Of a DNA stretch of 64,000 nucleotides, positions 47,767 through 58,096 are shown piece by piece. Each line of letters begins with the position of its first letter. Position 1 is the stretch's first letter. A model generated the notes under the pieces. The model was not told where the DNA came from. It did no database searches and saw only the letters and a list, made by a program, of their open reading frames with translations. The stretch spans positions 128,001-192,000 of the forward strand of contig CAWHEP010000011.1 of the NCBI GenBank assembly GCA_963828525.1, read 5' to 3'. Both the position numbers and the translations under genes were made by a program. This DNA comes from an uncultured Verrucomicrobiae bacterium. Lineage in GTDB: Bacteria; Verrucomicrobiota; Verrucomicrobiia; Chthoniobacterales; Chthoniobacteraceae.

Positions 47767-48828
47767 CTACGCCGGAATCACACGCTGCCGACGCAGGTCG
47801 TCAAAGAACAGCCGGAACATGTCTTCGGTATCGATGCACTCGTGGAACCCGGCCCGGCGCGCTTTAATCGTGCTGGTGATATTGTCGAAGCCCGAGTTGA
47901 AGATGAAGTCGCCGAATTGCCAGTGCGCGACCTGCTCGTACGGGATCCGTCGCAGACCGTACTCCCGCGTCATCTCCTCCCAGAGCGGCCCCTTGTCCGC
48001 CATGTAGACGGCTAGGGGCATCGGGACGGGTTCGGCCACTTCCATCTCGAACATGCGGGCGATACGCGGCCACAGGAACTGCCAGCGGAAGTAGTCGCCA
48101 TTGGTGATGTTGAAGATCTCGTTAGCCGTCGCGTCAGCGGTGCCTGCCCAGTCGGCTGCGCTGGCTAGGATATCGGCGCTGGTGACCTGATAAAGGGCTT
48201 GGTAGGCGGCCAGGGTGCCCGGGAAACGCAACGGCAGGCCCAGTTCCTTGGAAATGGCGGCGTAAACGGCAATGACCATGGTCAGGTTCATGGGGTTACC
48301 GATGGCATACCCACAGACTGCCTCGGGCCGCAGGACGCTAAAGGTCCAACGCTTGCTTTGATTACGTCGGCGCAGGTGGTCTTCCTGATCGTAGTAGAAG
48401 TTTGGCGGCATCAGGCGCGGATCGTCTTCACGGGCCGGGGTCTTGAAGGGGCCAAGGTCCGCACCGTATGCCTTGCCGCCTTGGTACATCGTGACGTGTT
48501 GCAGGTTGGGTGACGACGCCTCCACCGCATCCAGCAGGTTTCGCAGCAACGCCACGTTGACCGCGCTGCGCTCGGCAGGGGTGTCCTTTTCGATATACGC
48601 GCCAAAGATAACGTGGGTCACGTCTTTCAGGTTCGCCAGCTTCTCGCGCGTGTCAGCCGGGTCGAGCAGATCCGCAGAGATCGCCTGGACATTCTCCAGC
48701 CCTTCGACTGGCCGACGCGAGATGCCATACACAGTGGTGTCGGCCGCTCTCGAAAATCGGGCCGCCGCTGCCCGGCCGATCACGCCTTGGGCTCCCGCGA
48801 CTAAGACCGTCCTTTTGGGTGTGCTCAT
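47767..48828 (-). CDS. Atypical SDR, progesterone-5beta-reductase/PRISE-like
   Basis: VAGAQGVIG, QGGKAYG, PNFYYDQED, FNITNGD; start taken at MSTPKR. Confidence 0.88.
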   Translation of the reverse strand: MSTPKRTVLVAGAQGVIGRAAAARFSRAADTTVYGISRRPVEGLENVQAISADLLDPADTREKLANLKDVTHVIFGAYIEKDTPAERSAVNVALLRNLLDAVEASSPNLQHVTMYQGGKAYGADLGPFKTPAREDDPRLMPPNFYYDQEDHLRRRNQSKRWTFSVLRPEAVCGYAIGNPMNLTMVIAVYAAISKELGLPLRFPGTLAAYQALYQVTSADILASAADWAGTADATANEIFNITNGDYFRWQFLWPRIARMFEMEVAEPVPMPLAVYMADKGPLWEEMTREYGLRRIPYEQVAHWQFGDFIFNSGFDNITSTIKARRAGFHECIDTEDMFRLFFDDLRRQRVIPA

Positions 48829-48889
48829 TGTGTTCACAAGGTATTCGGTCGTTTGCCAGCTTTGGTCGTGGAAATTGTTAGCGCGGGGA

Positions 48890-49045
48890 ACCTTCCACGG
48901 TTTAATCCGGCGTTCCCTAGCCAGTGCTGAAGCCCAGCTTTCGTGCTCTTCACACCAGACGCCTTTCCATGGCCCGTCTTTACGTGTGAATTTTCCCGTC
49001 AATCGCGTCCGTCCGGTTGTGATCCTCCAAGCGCTTGCCAAGTTC
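48890..49045 (-). pseudogene. GIY-YIG (UPF0213-like) nuclease fragment
   Basis: KRLEDHN / FTRKDGPWKGVWCEEH...ALARERRIKPWK across a frameshift; N-terminal GIY/YIG part missing. Confidence 0.6.
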
Positions 49046-49331
49046 CCTCGGCCTGATTTTAACATCTTCTCCCTCGCCAGCGCTTCAGATCGAGTGGCGG
49101 GCTTTCGCAGTTCATCGAGCCTCCATGGAGCCGCCGTATCCGTCGGACCGGGCCGCGTTCAGGCAGCCCCGCTGACTGCCGTTGCGGTTCGCGCGTAAGC
49201 CTCCTGCACGCGCGATTGGAACCGGAGCGGCAGCCAGTCCTTTGCAGAGAATTCCGCTTCGGATAGCCGAAAAAGACTTGCCGCCCGCCTGTTCCTGCGC
49301 AAAATGCTCGGTTCCGGGTGTGCCTCCTCAT

Positions 49332-49406
49332 TCCAGCGTAGCTCAGTGGTAGAGCGATCGGCTGTTAACCGATTGGTCGTAGGTTCGAGTCCTACCGCTG
49401 GAGCCA
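49332..49406 (+). tRNA. tRNA-Asn(GTT)
   Basis: Acceptor TCCAGCG/CGCTGGA, D arm AGCTCAGTGGTAGAGC, anticodon loop CTGTTAA, GTTCGAGTC, encoded CCA. Confidence 0.97.
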
Positions 49407-49440
49407 TCCGACGCGCTCAGCCTGGATGGAGCCAGCGCCC

Positions 49441-50076
49441 CTAAACGTGCCGTCGCACAAACCTGCGCGAACCCCACAAGGACAGAAGGCCCAGTGCGAT
49501 CAGCCATAAGCTCGCAGGCTCGGGGACAGCCTGGATCGTCAGATTGGCTGGTTTTGCGGTGCTAGGGATGAAGGAAGAGTATGACGTCGTGCTTCCGTCT
49601 TGCGGCAGCACAAGATTCGAGTTGGTGAAGAAGCCATATTTGGAGGAGGCGGAGCCATCCGTCTGGAACCAAATCACGGCGAATTGATCTCCCGTCGCGA
49701 CCCCGTTGGATCCTAAAGATAGCGCGCCCGTGCTCGAGATAAATCCTGGCGAGAAACTTGGAGGACCTCCATTCGTTGTCACCTGATTCGCCGCCAACGA
49801 AGCGTGGTTGAAAAAATAGAAGTCTGGTGTCTGCGAGCCACCGACGCTCAAAAAGCCATCGTTGGTGACGGTAAGAGGGTCGATGCCGCTTGAGAGAAGG
49901 GATAGGTTCGTTCCAGCGGAACCACCGGTATCCACCACGATTCCCCAAGGCATGCCATTCGTCGGAACCGAACTCGAGTTTGCGAATCCCGATTGACTGA
50001 TTTGAAGCGTGAACGATGCCTCGGCGGGAACGCCAAGGAGGACAAACAGCAACGCAATCCCTGCAAAGCTCTTCAT
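49441..50076 (-). CDS. PEP-CTERM surface protein
   Basis: Signal peptide; C-terminal VPEPAS + TM + RRFVRR. Confidence 0.92.
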   Translation of the reverse strand: MKSFAGIALLFVLLGVPAEASFTLQISQSGFANSSSVPTNGMPWGIVVDTGGSAGTNLSLLSSGIDPLTVTNDGFLSVGGSQTPDFYFFNHASLAANQVTTNGGPPSFSPGFISSTGALSLGSNGVATGDQFAVIWFQTDGSASSKYGFFTNSNLVLPQDGSTTSYSSFIPSTAKPANLTIQAVPEPASLWLIALGLLSLWGSRRFVRRHV

Positions 50077-50108
50077 TTTTGCCTAAACCCTTAACTGAAG
50101 AAGTTACC

Positions 50109-51137
50109 TTACGGCAGATATCCCTGTTTATTTTGCCAGACTAAAGATGTCGGAGCGGCGGTCGCCGCCTTACGTAAAACGTATCCAAAGCCAGGAGTCA
50201 ACTGGAAGGTGGCGTCAACATCAGTGCCTCCATCATACCACCCAAATCCAGAATAGTAGGTCAGAACCTGCGATGCCGACTTGTTCAAGCCGGTGGCTGT
50301 ATTGTCAAAAACGAGGAGTTGATCCTGATCTGAGAGACCGAGTCCAATCTGCCCTATGAAAGCGGACACCGGACAAAGATACCCGATCGAGTTATCCTGA
50401 GCCGCGTTTGGCTGCGTCGTGGACAGAATAGAGTAGTGCTTGTTCATGGGGACGGTGCCCACGACATTCAGGTTAAAAGAGGAGGCAGACTGGTTCCTCA
50501 CCACGACGGACTCTCCGGGAGCGACGACGACATCGTTGGCAAGCGTCCCTCCGTTATACCAGCCAAATCCCGCGTAGTACGTGTATACCGTGGATGCGGA
50601 AGTATTGATTCCCTGAACGCCGTCGAAAGTGAGCACCTGGGTCTGATCGGGCAAGGAAGGAGACGCGAGAGTGGTGAAGAGCGTCGAGAGGGTCCAGTAA
50701 GGAAGGATCTTGATGGTATCGCCGGCGGAGCCCGAAACGAGCCCGGCATACGAGTCGCCCGCAAGGTCAACTGTCACACTGTTACTGCCACTGACGATGA
50801 TCGAGGAATGCATGCCTTCTTTCGTCCCGCTCCCAACGAGCGCGTAGTAAGTCGCGCTCTGTGTCCCCTGGCTGTAAACCCAAGCGTTCGGAGCCCAATT
50901 CGGCAGGTTGTTCGTCTGGTTGATCAAGAGCGTGCTGCCAGATACCGCCATGACTGTTCCAACAAACTGAGCGGCTTGCACCATAGGTACTGTAAAGCGG
51001 AAATCTGAACCCGCAGGGACGGTTAAACCAACCACTCCCACTGGATCGGTCGCCACCGTCTGTCCGTAAAGCATTACAACGCAGCTGAGATAAAGCAACC
51101 CGCAGAGCGTCGCGCTGAAGGTTGAGTTCGTCCTCAT
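50109..51137 (-). CDS. TIGR02597-like verrucomicrobial exported protein
   Basis: VATDPVG, IKILPYWTLSTLF, PGESVVVR, PGFGYVLRK. Confidence 0.75.
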   Translation of the reverse strand: MRTNSTFSATLCGLLYLSCVVMLYGQTVATDPVGVVGLTVPAGSDFRFTVPMVQAAQFVGTVMAVSGSTLLINQTNNLPNWAPNAWVYSQGTQSATYYALVGSGTKEGMHSSIIVSGSNSVTVDLAGDSYAGLVSGSAGDTIKILPYWTLSTLFTTLASPSLPDQTQVLTFDGVQGINTSASTVYTYYAGFGWYNGGTLANDVVVAPGESVVVRNQSASSFNLNVVGTVPMNKHYSILSTTQPNAAQDNSIGYLCPVSAFIGQIGLGLSDQDQLLVFDNTATGLNKSASQVLTYYSGFGWYDGGTDVDATFQLTPGFGYVLRKAATAAPTSLVWQNKQGYLP

Positions 51138-51151
51138 GAGTGAACTTCCAA

Positions 51152-51796
51152 TTACTGCCAGCTCACGATATCGTCAGAGCCTTTAAAGATTTTGTTGCCC
51201 CCACTGCCCCAAGATAGATCCTTCCCAAGTGTCGCGACACCAACGCCGACGCTTGGCCCTTTGCTGTTGTTCAAGGTGAAGTTGGGATCCGTGTAGCCGC
51301 CTGTCACATCGATGTAGTTCTGGTATAAGGCGTCAATGAAGACAACGTATGTCGATCCCCAAGGATCGTAGTAATTGCCCTTTGTATCGAGGCCGCTCTT
51401 TGGAGCGGTGGCGTTCTTCACGTTGTTCAGGCTGAGATAAACGACCTTCCGCGGGTTCTGCGGCCCGCTCGCATTTTGGTTATCGGCGAAGCCGCTGGGA
51501 TAGCAGAGAACATTGAAGAGCTGGGAGCTCGTATAGGCCCCGTTGGGATCACCATAAACCGCCTGTAGGCCGCTCTTCACTTGCGCGTCCGTAAGCGGAT
51601 ACTTCCCGTAGTCGGCATAGTAGCCTTTGACGGCTCCTACGATCTGCTGTAAATCGTTTGCCGCCTGCGCCTTGTACGCGGATTGTCGCGCGACATTGAT
51701 GGCTGGGAACAGCAAGCCCATTAGTATGGCGATGATCACCATGACGACCAGCAACTCGACAAGGGTGAATCCTGAATGCGGCTTTCTTAACATCAT
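51152..51796 (-). CDS. Type IV pilin/pseudopilin (N-terminal methylation domain)
   Basis: GFTLVELLVVMVII; YYADYGKYP; DPWG. Confidence 0.9.
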   Translation of the reverse strand: MMLRKPHSGFTLVELLVVMVIIAILMGLLFPAINVARQSAYKAQAANDLQQIVGAVKGYYADYGKYPLTDAQVKSGLQAVYGDPNGAYTSSQLFNVLCYPSGFADNQNASGPQNPRKVVYLSLNNVKNATAPKSGLDTKGNYYDPWGSTYVVFIDALYQNYIDVTGGYTDPNFTLNNSKGPSVGVGVATLGKDLSWGSGGNKIFKGSDDIVSWQ

Positions 51797-51919
51797 TCCA
51801 ATCCTGGGGGTGAGGGGCTTATGCGATGATACCATGCCTCTTCACTTCCAGCAAGCAGCGCGCCATTGTCCCAAAGCGTTTTCGATGCGCGCGTCCGCCG
51901 CAGGAACGGCACAGGAGAA

Positions 51920-54295
51920 TCAAGCCAGAACGGAGACGTCGCTCGCTATCCACCGTCGCGTCGAACTTCGGAGGGTTTTACTCGCAACCTTCCCGTCGTG
52001 TTCCATAGTCGCCTCTTTTGGTTCAGACCCGTAGAAGACAGGACTGAACTCGACAGAGCCCTTTCGGAAGTTCCCGCTTTCCGTAATGCGCACCGTGGCA
52101 CCCGCCGCCGACATGGTCGCGCTTACGCTCGCGACGTTGTAGAGCCCTTTCGCGAAGTCCAGACTCTCGCGGTCATCAATGTAGTATTCGCATTCGCCGG
52201 TTCGCTCCTTGCTGAAGATGTGCAACTCGACATCGTCCAGCGTGGTATCCGCGTTGCGCACCTTGCCGTTGAAATAGGGGATCACCGCTCCATCCCGTAT
52301 GTAAATCAGAGTTTCGTCCAGGCTGGCCTCCGCGCGAACTGTTCTCCCGCCCTGAACCCATTGACCCCTCAGTATGTCAAACCACCAGCCTGGTGGCAGC
52401 ATCACATGCCTCTCCTGCCGACTTACACCCCGGGTGACCACCGTATTCGATGTGCTTGCCCTCTCGCAGATGGGAGCCAGCATGATCTCCGAGCCGACCA
52501 TGAACTGGTCGTCTACAAATTCGAACGCGCTATCCTCGAACTCGTAGAGCAGGGGACGCAGGACGGGATCTCCGTTCACGTGGTGGTTGAAGAAGCAGTT
52601 GTAGAGGTAAGGCAGGAGCCGGTATCGCGTGTAAATCGCGTTCCTTACGCGAGCGAGGCACAACGGGCCAAAGTTCCATGGCTCCTGCTCCTTCGTGTGG
52701 TTCGTGGAGTGATTCCGGAAGAACGGAAATAGGAAACCCGCTTGGTACCACCGCGTGATTAATTCCTCTTCGGTGTGTCCGAAGAACCCGCCCACATCCG
52801 GACCGTTGAAGGCAACTCCCGACAGGCCCAGGTTGATGGTGCACGGGATTGCCATGCGGAGATGATCCCAGTTGCTGACGTTGTCGCCTGTCCAGATGGC
52901 GCTGTAGCGCTGCGTGCCGGCGAAGCCGCTCCTTGTCAGGAGAAACGGTCGCGCCGTCTTGTCGTTTATCTCAAAGGCGGTTTTACTCGCCCGGGCCATG
53001 AAGTGACCGTACTGGTTATGATACTTGGCGTGCGGCACCGCGCCACCGCCGAACCGCATCGATTCCACCATGCTCCACCCGGTCGCGGGATCATTCATGT
53101 CCAGCCAGGCGCCATCCAGCGAAGCATCCGCCATAAACCTGGCGAGATGCTCAGCCCACCACTTCCGAACCGGTTCCAACGAGAAATCCGGAAACACCGT
53201 GTCCCCGGGCCACACCTTGCCCACGTAGTCCTTTCCGCTGAGCGTTTTGCAGAAGATATCCTTCCCTTTTCCGCTTTGATAGACGGAGTATCCCTCATCC
53301 AGCTTCACCCCCGGATCCACAATCGCTACGGCGCGGATGCCCGCCTCCTTTAGCTGCTTGTTTACCGACGCCGGATCGGGGATGTCGCGTTTATCCCATG
53401 TGAAAACCCTGTATTCATCCATGTAATCGATGTCGTACCAAAGCGCGCTGACCGGGACATCGTACTCGAGGAAGTTTTTCTTCAGAGCGTAGAACTCGGA
53501 AGCGGTCTTGTAGCCCCAGCGGCATTGGTGATGCCCAAGGCTCCAGAGTGGCGGCACGTCCGCCCGGCCTGTAATCTCCGCGAAATTCCGCGTCACATCC
53601 TTCAATGTCGGCCCACTTACGATGTAGATGTCGTTATTCCCGCCCAGCGACTCGCAGATGAGATGCCCTGTTTCAATTTGTCCCACATCGAATAACAGCC
53701 GCTCCGGGTTATCAAAAAAGATCCCCGTGGAGATTCCATGCGCGCGGATGATAGCCAGAGGGATCGCCACATACGCGGGATCATAGTCGTCCCTGCCAAA
53801 CGTGTGCGGAAAAACCGCGCCCACATCCACGTTGTAGAAGTCGAGTGTGTCGCCGCTCTTGTTGAAACGCTTTGTCCGCTCGCCGAATCCGTAGAATCCC
53901 GTCGCGTCGGTGGTATCGAAATTGATGATTGCCGCCTCTCCCAGGAAGCCGATGCCGTCCGGGGCCGTTTTGAGGACGGCGCCGCTCTTGAGATGGATGC
54001 TCAGGCGGCCTGCTTCCAGGCGGATATCGCAAGCAGAGGAAACAAACCCGCCGATCTCTTGATTCGGCGCAAGTGCCGTTCCTGCTCGATGCGTCTCGAT
54101 GATGGCATCGGAATAGTTCTTCTTATCCGCGACGTTCGAATTGTCGAATCGCAGCCGCGAGCAGGAGGCGGTTATCTCCGCGCAGGTGACCCGGGTCTTG
54201 AAAGAATTGCCGGAGAGCAGGAACCCATCACCGTCGATGGTGATCGCGCTGCCATATTCGAAATTGTAGGGATGGATTCTTTGGCCAAATAGCAT
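51920..54295 (-). CDS. GH31 alpha-glucosidase-like hydrolase
   Basis: DIDYMD, WLDMNDP nucleophile motif, WTGDN, GPDVGGF, PFFRNH. Confidence 0.92.
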   Translation of the reverse strand: MLFGQRIHPYNFEYGSAITIDGDGFLLSGNSFKTRVTCAEITASCSRLRFDNSNVADKKNYSDAIIETHRAGTALAPNQEIGGFVSSACDIRLEAGRLSIHLKSGAVLKTAPDGIGFLGEAAIINFDTTDATGFYGFGERTKRFNKSGDTLDFYNVDVGAVFPHTFGRDDYDPAYVAIPLAIIRAHGISTGIFFDNPERLLFDVGQIETGHLICESLGGNNDIYIVSGPTLKDVTRNFAEITGRADVPPLWSLGHHQCRWGYKTASEFYALKKNFLEYDVPVSALWYDIDYMDEYRVFTWDKRDIPDPASVNKQLKEAGIRAVAIVDPGVKLDEGYSVYQSGKGKDIFCKTLSGKDYVGKVWPGDTVFPDFSLEPVRKWWAEHLARFMADASLDGAWLDMNDPATGWSMVESMRFGGGAVPHAKYHNQYGHFMARASKTAFEINDKTARPFLLTRSGFAGTQRYSAIWTGDNVSNWDHLRMAIPCTINLGLSGVAFNGPDVGGFFGHTEEELITRWYQAGFLFPFFRNHSTNHTKEQEPWNFGPLCLARVRNAIYTRYRLLPYLYNCFFNHHVNGDPVLRPLLYEFEDSAFEFVDDQFMVGSEIMLAPICERASTSNTVVTRGVSRQERHVMLPPGWWFDILRGQWVQGGRTVRAEASLDETLIYIRDGAVIPYFNGKVRNADTTLDDVELHIFSKERTGECEYYIDDRESLDFAKGLYNVASVSATMSAAGATVRITESGNFRKGSVEFSPVFYGSEPKEATMEHDGKVASKTLRSSTRRWIASDVSVLA

Positions 54296-54396
54296 TTTTG
54301 CTTCCTTATCGGGGAGGCTTGGAAGTCGCTGCTTCGTCAGTCCCGCTCCAATCAAGAAAACGGAAACGATCCTTCGGTTGGCCCCTTATTTCTGTT

Positions 54397-54888
54397 CTAC
54401 ACTCTCAACAGGGACGCCACCTCGTTCTGCACCGCTTCAATCTGTTCCATCCGCAGCTCAGGATCCGGGATCACGAACACCTCGCCCGTTTTCACATGCT
54501 CATAGATGAGTGTCTTTCCCTCGCTCGTTCGGCGACTTTCGACCTGTTTCAGGACGCGTTTCCTCTCCAGCATCAGCGCGAGGATGTACCGCGCGCTGGC
54601 CTGCTCGGCGGTTCCCCCGTTCATGAAGCGTCGCAGCAAATCCTCAGCGGATTCTTTGGGGAGCGGTTCAGGTGGTGGAGGTGGCGGCGCCTCGAACTTT
54701 GACCGCCAAAAGGAGAAGGGCTGAATATTATCGTTTCTCAGTTCCCACGCTTCCTCCGACAGATCCTGTCGCGTGAAGCCCTCTCGGCCGTGATACAGAA
54801 GTGTGTAAAAAAACTCCCCCTCCGCGAAGGGTCTGTTCGTCACCGAGCAGCATTCAGCCCGCGACTTGATCTCCCAATCCTGAGGCAT
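54397..54888 (-). CDS. Conserved hypothetical protein
   Basis: 163 aa; FSFWRSKF, YILALMLERKRVLK; fits the operon between the S10 and GH31 genes. Confidence 0.7.
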   Translation of the reverse strand: MPQDWEIKSRAECCSVTNRPFAEGEFFYTLLYHGREGFTRQDLSEEAWELRNDNIQPFSFWRSKFEAPPPPPPEPLPKESAEDLLRRFMNGGTAEQASARYILALMLERKRVLKQVESRRTSEGKTLIYEHVKTGEVFVIPDPELRMEQIEAVQNEVASLLRV

Positions 54889-54890
54889 CC

Positions 54891-56495
54891 CTACGGGAGA
54901 ACAGCGTCCCGGAGGAAGCTCTTGAAGTCAGCCTTCATGCTCGGCAGGCACGCTTCATCATTGTAGATCATGTGCCCGCTTGGATAGCCGATGAACCGGA
55001 TATTTTCCCTCAAAGAGGGATCCAGCGGCATCTGGTTGATGACGTATTGGGTGGAGAAGTAGGGGATTGCCATATCGTAGTAGCCGCAGGCCACCCACAC
55101 CTTGAGATGGGGGTTCGCGCTCATCGCCTTGCCTAAATCCTCGGAGACATCCAGGAAACGGTTCTCGACGTTGCCGAAGCTCCACGGCGAGACATTGGCC
55201 AGTGTTTCGTATGGTAAATCGGTTTCGAACTTGAGTTCGTCACGCAGGTATTGATTGATGGCCGCCGTAAAGTGCCCCTTCACCGCCTCAAAACTTGGGT
55301 CAAAATCCGCCCCATCGGGATCATACCCGATTCCCTTAAACCTGTCATCGAAGCGTCCTATGGACCGATTCACCGGCTTTAGCAGCTCCTGCATGAACTC
55401 GCCGGGCGGGATCCGCATGTGATATCTTTTCACGAATTCCAGCGGCAACGCGGTAAAGTCCGCGACGCGTCGCGCGATCCTGTTCTTTTCTTCATCTGGC
55501 AGGCTGCTTCCCCTCGCGAGAGCCAGCAGGTAATCCTTGGCCGCAAACTCCTCGGCTTCCTTCCTTACTTCATCCACTCCCTTGCCCTGCAAGTCCGCCG
55601 GGAGGCGTTTGTGATACCACGCCGCCGCCGCGTAAGTGGGGAGATACAGCAGATAGGGCTCATCATTCGCGGGGTTCGTCTCGATGGTCTGCCAATTCAA
55701 CAGGCCCGAGACGATGACAATGCCATTCAGGTACAGGCTGAATGTATCCTGCAAATACGCCGAAAGCGCCGCAGCGCGGGTGCCCCCGTAACTCTCGCCC
55801 ACAACGAACTTCGGGGAGAGCCATCGGTCATTGCGTGTGGTGTAGAGCCGTATGAAATCCGCGATGGATTTTATATCTCCCTGGAAAGCGTGGAATGGCT
55901 TGGCGCTCTCACCGGGCACCGCTCGGCTGTAACCGGTCGAAACCGGATCGATGAAGACCAGGTCGGTGAGATCCAGCCAACTGGAGTCGTTGTCCAGCAG
56001 TTCGTTCTCGCTGTATGGAGGGCCGCCCGGTTGAGGCAGCTTGACACGCCGCGGGCCAAGCGCGCCGAGATGCAGCCAGACCGAAGCCGCCCCTGGCCCG
56101 CCGTTGAATGAGAACGTGATCGGCCTCTTTGCCACCGGCCCTGTATCTTCACGGGTGTAGGCCACAAAGAATATTTTGGCTTTCGCCAGGCGGCCATCCT
56201 CCCCGGGCTTCTTGCCTTCCTCCGGTTTTCCATCGGTTTCATCTTTCAAAACCAGGTAGCCTGCTGTCGCCTTATATTTTACGGGCTCGCCTCCGATGAG
56301 GACGCTATGCATCGTTACCGTTAGCTTCGGCTCCGCGGTATCATGCTCGGCTTCCTTTGCAGGGACGGTCTTGGCTGGAGAAGAGTCAGCCGCCGGGGTG
56401 GGGGATGCGCCCGGCGCTTCAGACGCGCATACGGGTCGCATAGCGAGAAAGCAAAGCGCGAGGGCGGCGAGGGAGAAAGGTCGGGGATGGGCCAT
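54891..56495 (-). CDS. Peptidase S10 serine carboxypeptidase
   Basis: FNGGPGAAS, DPVSTGYS, GESYGG, GYYD, SGHMIY. Confidence 0.93.
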   Translation of the reverse strand: MAHPRPFSLAALALCFLAMRPVCASEAPGASPTPAADSSPAKTVPAKEAEHDTAEPKLTVTMHSVLIGGEPVKYKATAGYLVLKDETDGKPEEGKKPGEDGRLAKAKIFFVAYTREDTGPVAKRPITFSFNGGPGAASVWLHLGALGPRRVKLPQPGGPPYSENELLDNDSSWLDLTDLVFIDPVSTGYSRAVPGESAKPFHAFQGDIKSIADFIRLYTTRNDRWLSPKFVVGESYGGTRAAALSAYLQDTFSLYLNGIVIVSGLLNWQTIETNPANDEPYLLYLPTYAAAAWYHKRLPADLQGKGVDEVRKEAEEFAAKDYLLALARGSSLPDEEKNRIARRVADFTALPLEFVKRYHMRIPPGEFMQELLKPVNRSIGRFDDRFKGIGYDPDGADFDPSFEAVKGHFTAAINQYLRDELKFETDLPYETLANVSPWSFGNVENRFLDVSEDLGKAMSANPHLKVWVACGYYDMAIPYFSTQYVINQMPLDPSLRENIRFIGYPSGHMIYNDEACLPSMKADFKSFLRDAVLP

Positions 56496-56593
56496 GAGAA
56501 TGCGGTGGGATAGTCCTGTTACACCATCCCGCGCGAAACGGCAATCGCACCCCTCACGGCAGGGATGGATATCCTCGGTTTACCGCCCTGGGA

Positions 56594-58096
56594 TCAGCGC
56601 CCCTTGACCTGTTTCAAAAACCCGAGTCCCGTCGCCGCCAGCACTGTCATCACAACGCCGCCACGCCAGACATAATTCAGAAACCCGGCTTTTCCATGCA
56701 CTGGGGCAACGAAGACGATGATCCCCAGCGTGAGGAGGGACAGCCCCACAGGAGCTGCCACCTTGCGAAGGAAAGCGCCTCCCATCTCGAGGATTCCCAT
56801 GTTCAGGAACCGGGACGTGAGGGGAACAAGTAAAAACCAGCCCAGCAGCAACGTAGGAACCATTGTCCCGAGCGCCACGCCGAGCACCCCGTATCTTTTG
56901 ACCAGTATAACGCTCGCTACAAGATTTATGCCCGCGTCGATCAAGCTAATCTTTAGCAGCCGCCTCTCCCACCCACACATCATTAGGATGCGCTTGGAGC
57001 AACTGTTGGTGAGCAGCGAACTATATGTGGCCAGTAGCAACGACTGGCCAACCCAAAAGGTTGCCGTTTCCACCGACTTTAGGCCTGTCAGAATCTTGAT
57101 GAGAGGTTCCAGATAGACCGCGCAGATCGCGTACAGAGGCGTGGTAAGGAAGATGGTGAGCTGGGTGCTCTTTACGAGCAAGTCGCGAAGCCCTGCTTCA
57201 TCCTTGGTGATGTTGAGCTGCGCGGCCGCGGGCGAGAGCGCGTCCTGCATTTGCACCGAGAAAAGCCCGAACATTTCCGCGGCCTTGTAGCCCGCTTGAT
57301 AAACCGCGACAAAGGCAACTCCGATTCCGAAGCTGATAACAGCCTGATCGGTGCGCGCCATGATGAGATTCGTAAAGGTGATGAGGTAAGCAACGATCGA
57401 AAACGAGAGCACCCCTTGCACGGCCGCAAAACGAAAGTGCTTGGGGTGCAGGCTGAATTCCGGGATGCGCTGAAACACCATGATCATCGCTACAAAATTC
57501 GGCGCCACTGTCGTGGCCACGCTGATGAGGACGATGATCGGGAAAGCCCATCCCGCCATCAGAGCCCAGGTCATGAGAGCCAGATTTACGATCAGTGAAA
57601 CGATGGTGACCCAGTTGGCGAGATCGATGCGCTGCAGCCCGCGCAACATTTCCGAAAAAATCCCGAGCGGGAAAGCGAGCGCCATGGCGCTGAAGAAGAT
57701 GGTGTAGCCGAGCGCGAGCGCTGGCCGGCCTTGCGCGCTTACTTTTGTCCACTCCATGAACCACGGCTGCGCCACTGCGAACACCGCCAGCAACACGGCT
57801 CCCAGAAACGCGAAAGTCCAGAAGATCGTGCAGATAAGGTGGTTCAACTCGCCGATCTGGCCACTCGCTGTCTTTTCGGCCACGGCTTTCTGCGCCGTGA
57901 ATCCGAGGCCAAAATCCAGCAGGATCGTATAACCAAACATCGACCATAACAGGGAATAGAATCCAAATTGCTCCTGCGTGAGGTGCTGATAAGTGAGTCG
58001 GAAAAGCACCAGTCCGGAAATGAGGCGCAGCACCGTGCGCAAGTAGTTGGTGAACGTGTTTCGCCAAAAATATTTCTGCCAATCGCGTCCGCTCAT
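56594..58096 (-). CDS. Wzx-like oligosaccharide flippase
   Basis: About 12-14 TMs; LLDFGLG; NLVASVILVKRYGVLGVALGT. Confidence 0.85.
   Translation of the reverse strand: MSGRDWQKYFWRNTFTNYLRTVLRLISGLVLFRLTYQHLTQEQFGFYSLLWSMFGYTILLDFGLGFTAQKAVAEKTASGQIGELNHLICTIFWTFAFLGAVLLAVFAVAQPWFMEWTKVSAQGRPALALGYTIFFSAMALAFPLGIFSEMLRGLQRIDLANWVTIVSLIVNLALMTWALMAGWAFPIIVLISVATTVAPNFVAMIMVFQRIPEFSLHPKHFRFAAVQGVLSFSIVAYLITFTNLIMARTDQAVISFGIGVAFVAVYQAGYKAAEMFGLFSVQMQDALSPAAAQLNITKDEAGLRDLLVKSTQLTIFLTTPLYAICAVYLEPLIKILTGLKSVETATFWVGQSLLLATYSSLLTNSCSKRILMMCGWERRLLKISLIDAGINLVASVILVKRYGVLGVALGTMVPTLLLGWFLLVPLTSRFLNMGILEMGGAFLRKVAAPVGLSLLTLGIIVFVAPVHGKAGFLNYVWRGGVVMTVLAATGLGFLKQVKGR

Noticed and set aside
49159..49407. 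82-aa ORF MAPAVGLEPTT...
   Set aside because: It is the reverse complement of tRNA-Asn.
49399..49434. TGGAGCCA repeated just after the tRNA 3' end as an att site
   Set aside because: Only 8 bp, 28 nt apart, and no element lies between the copies.
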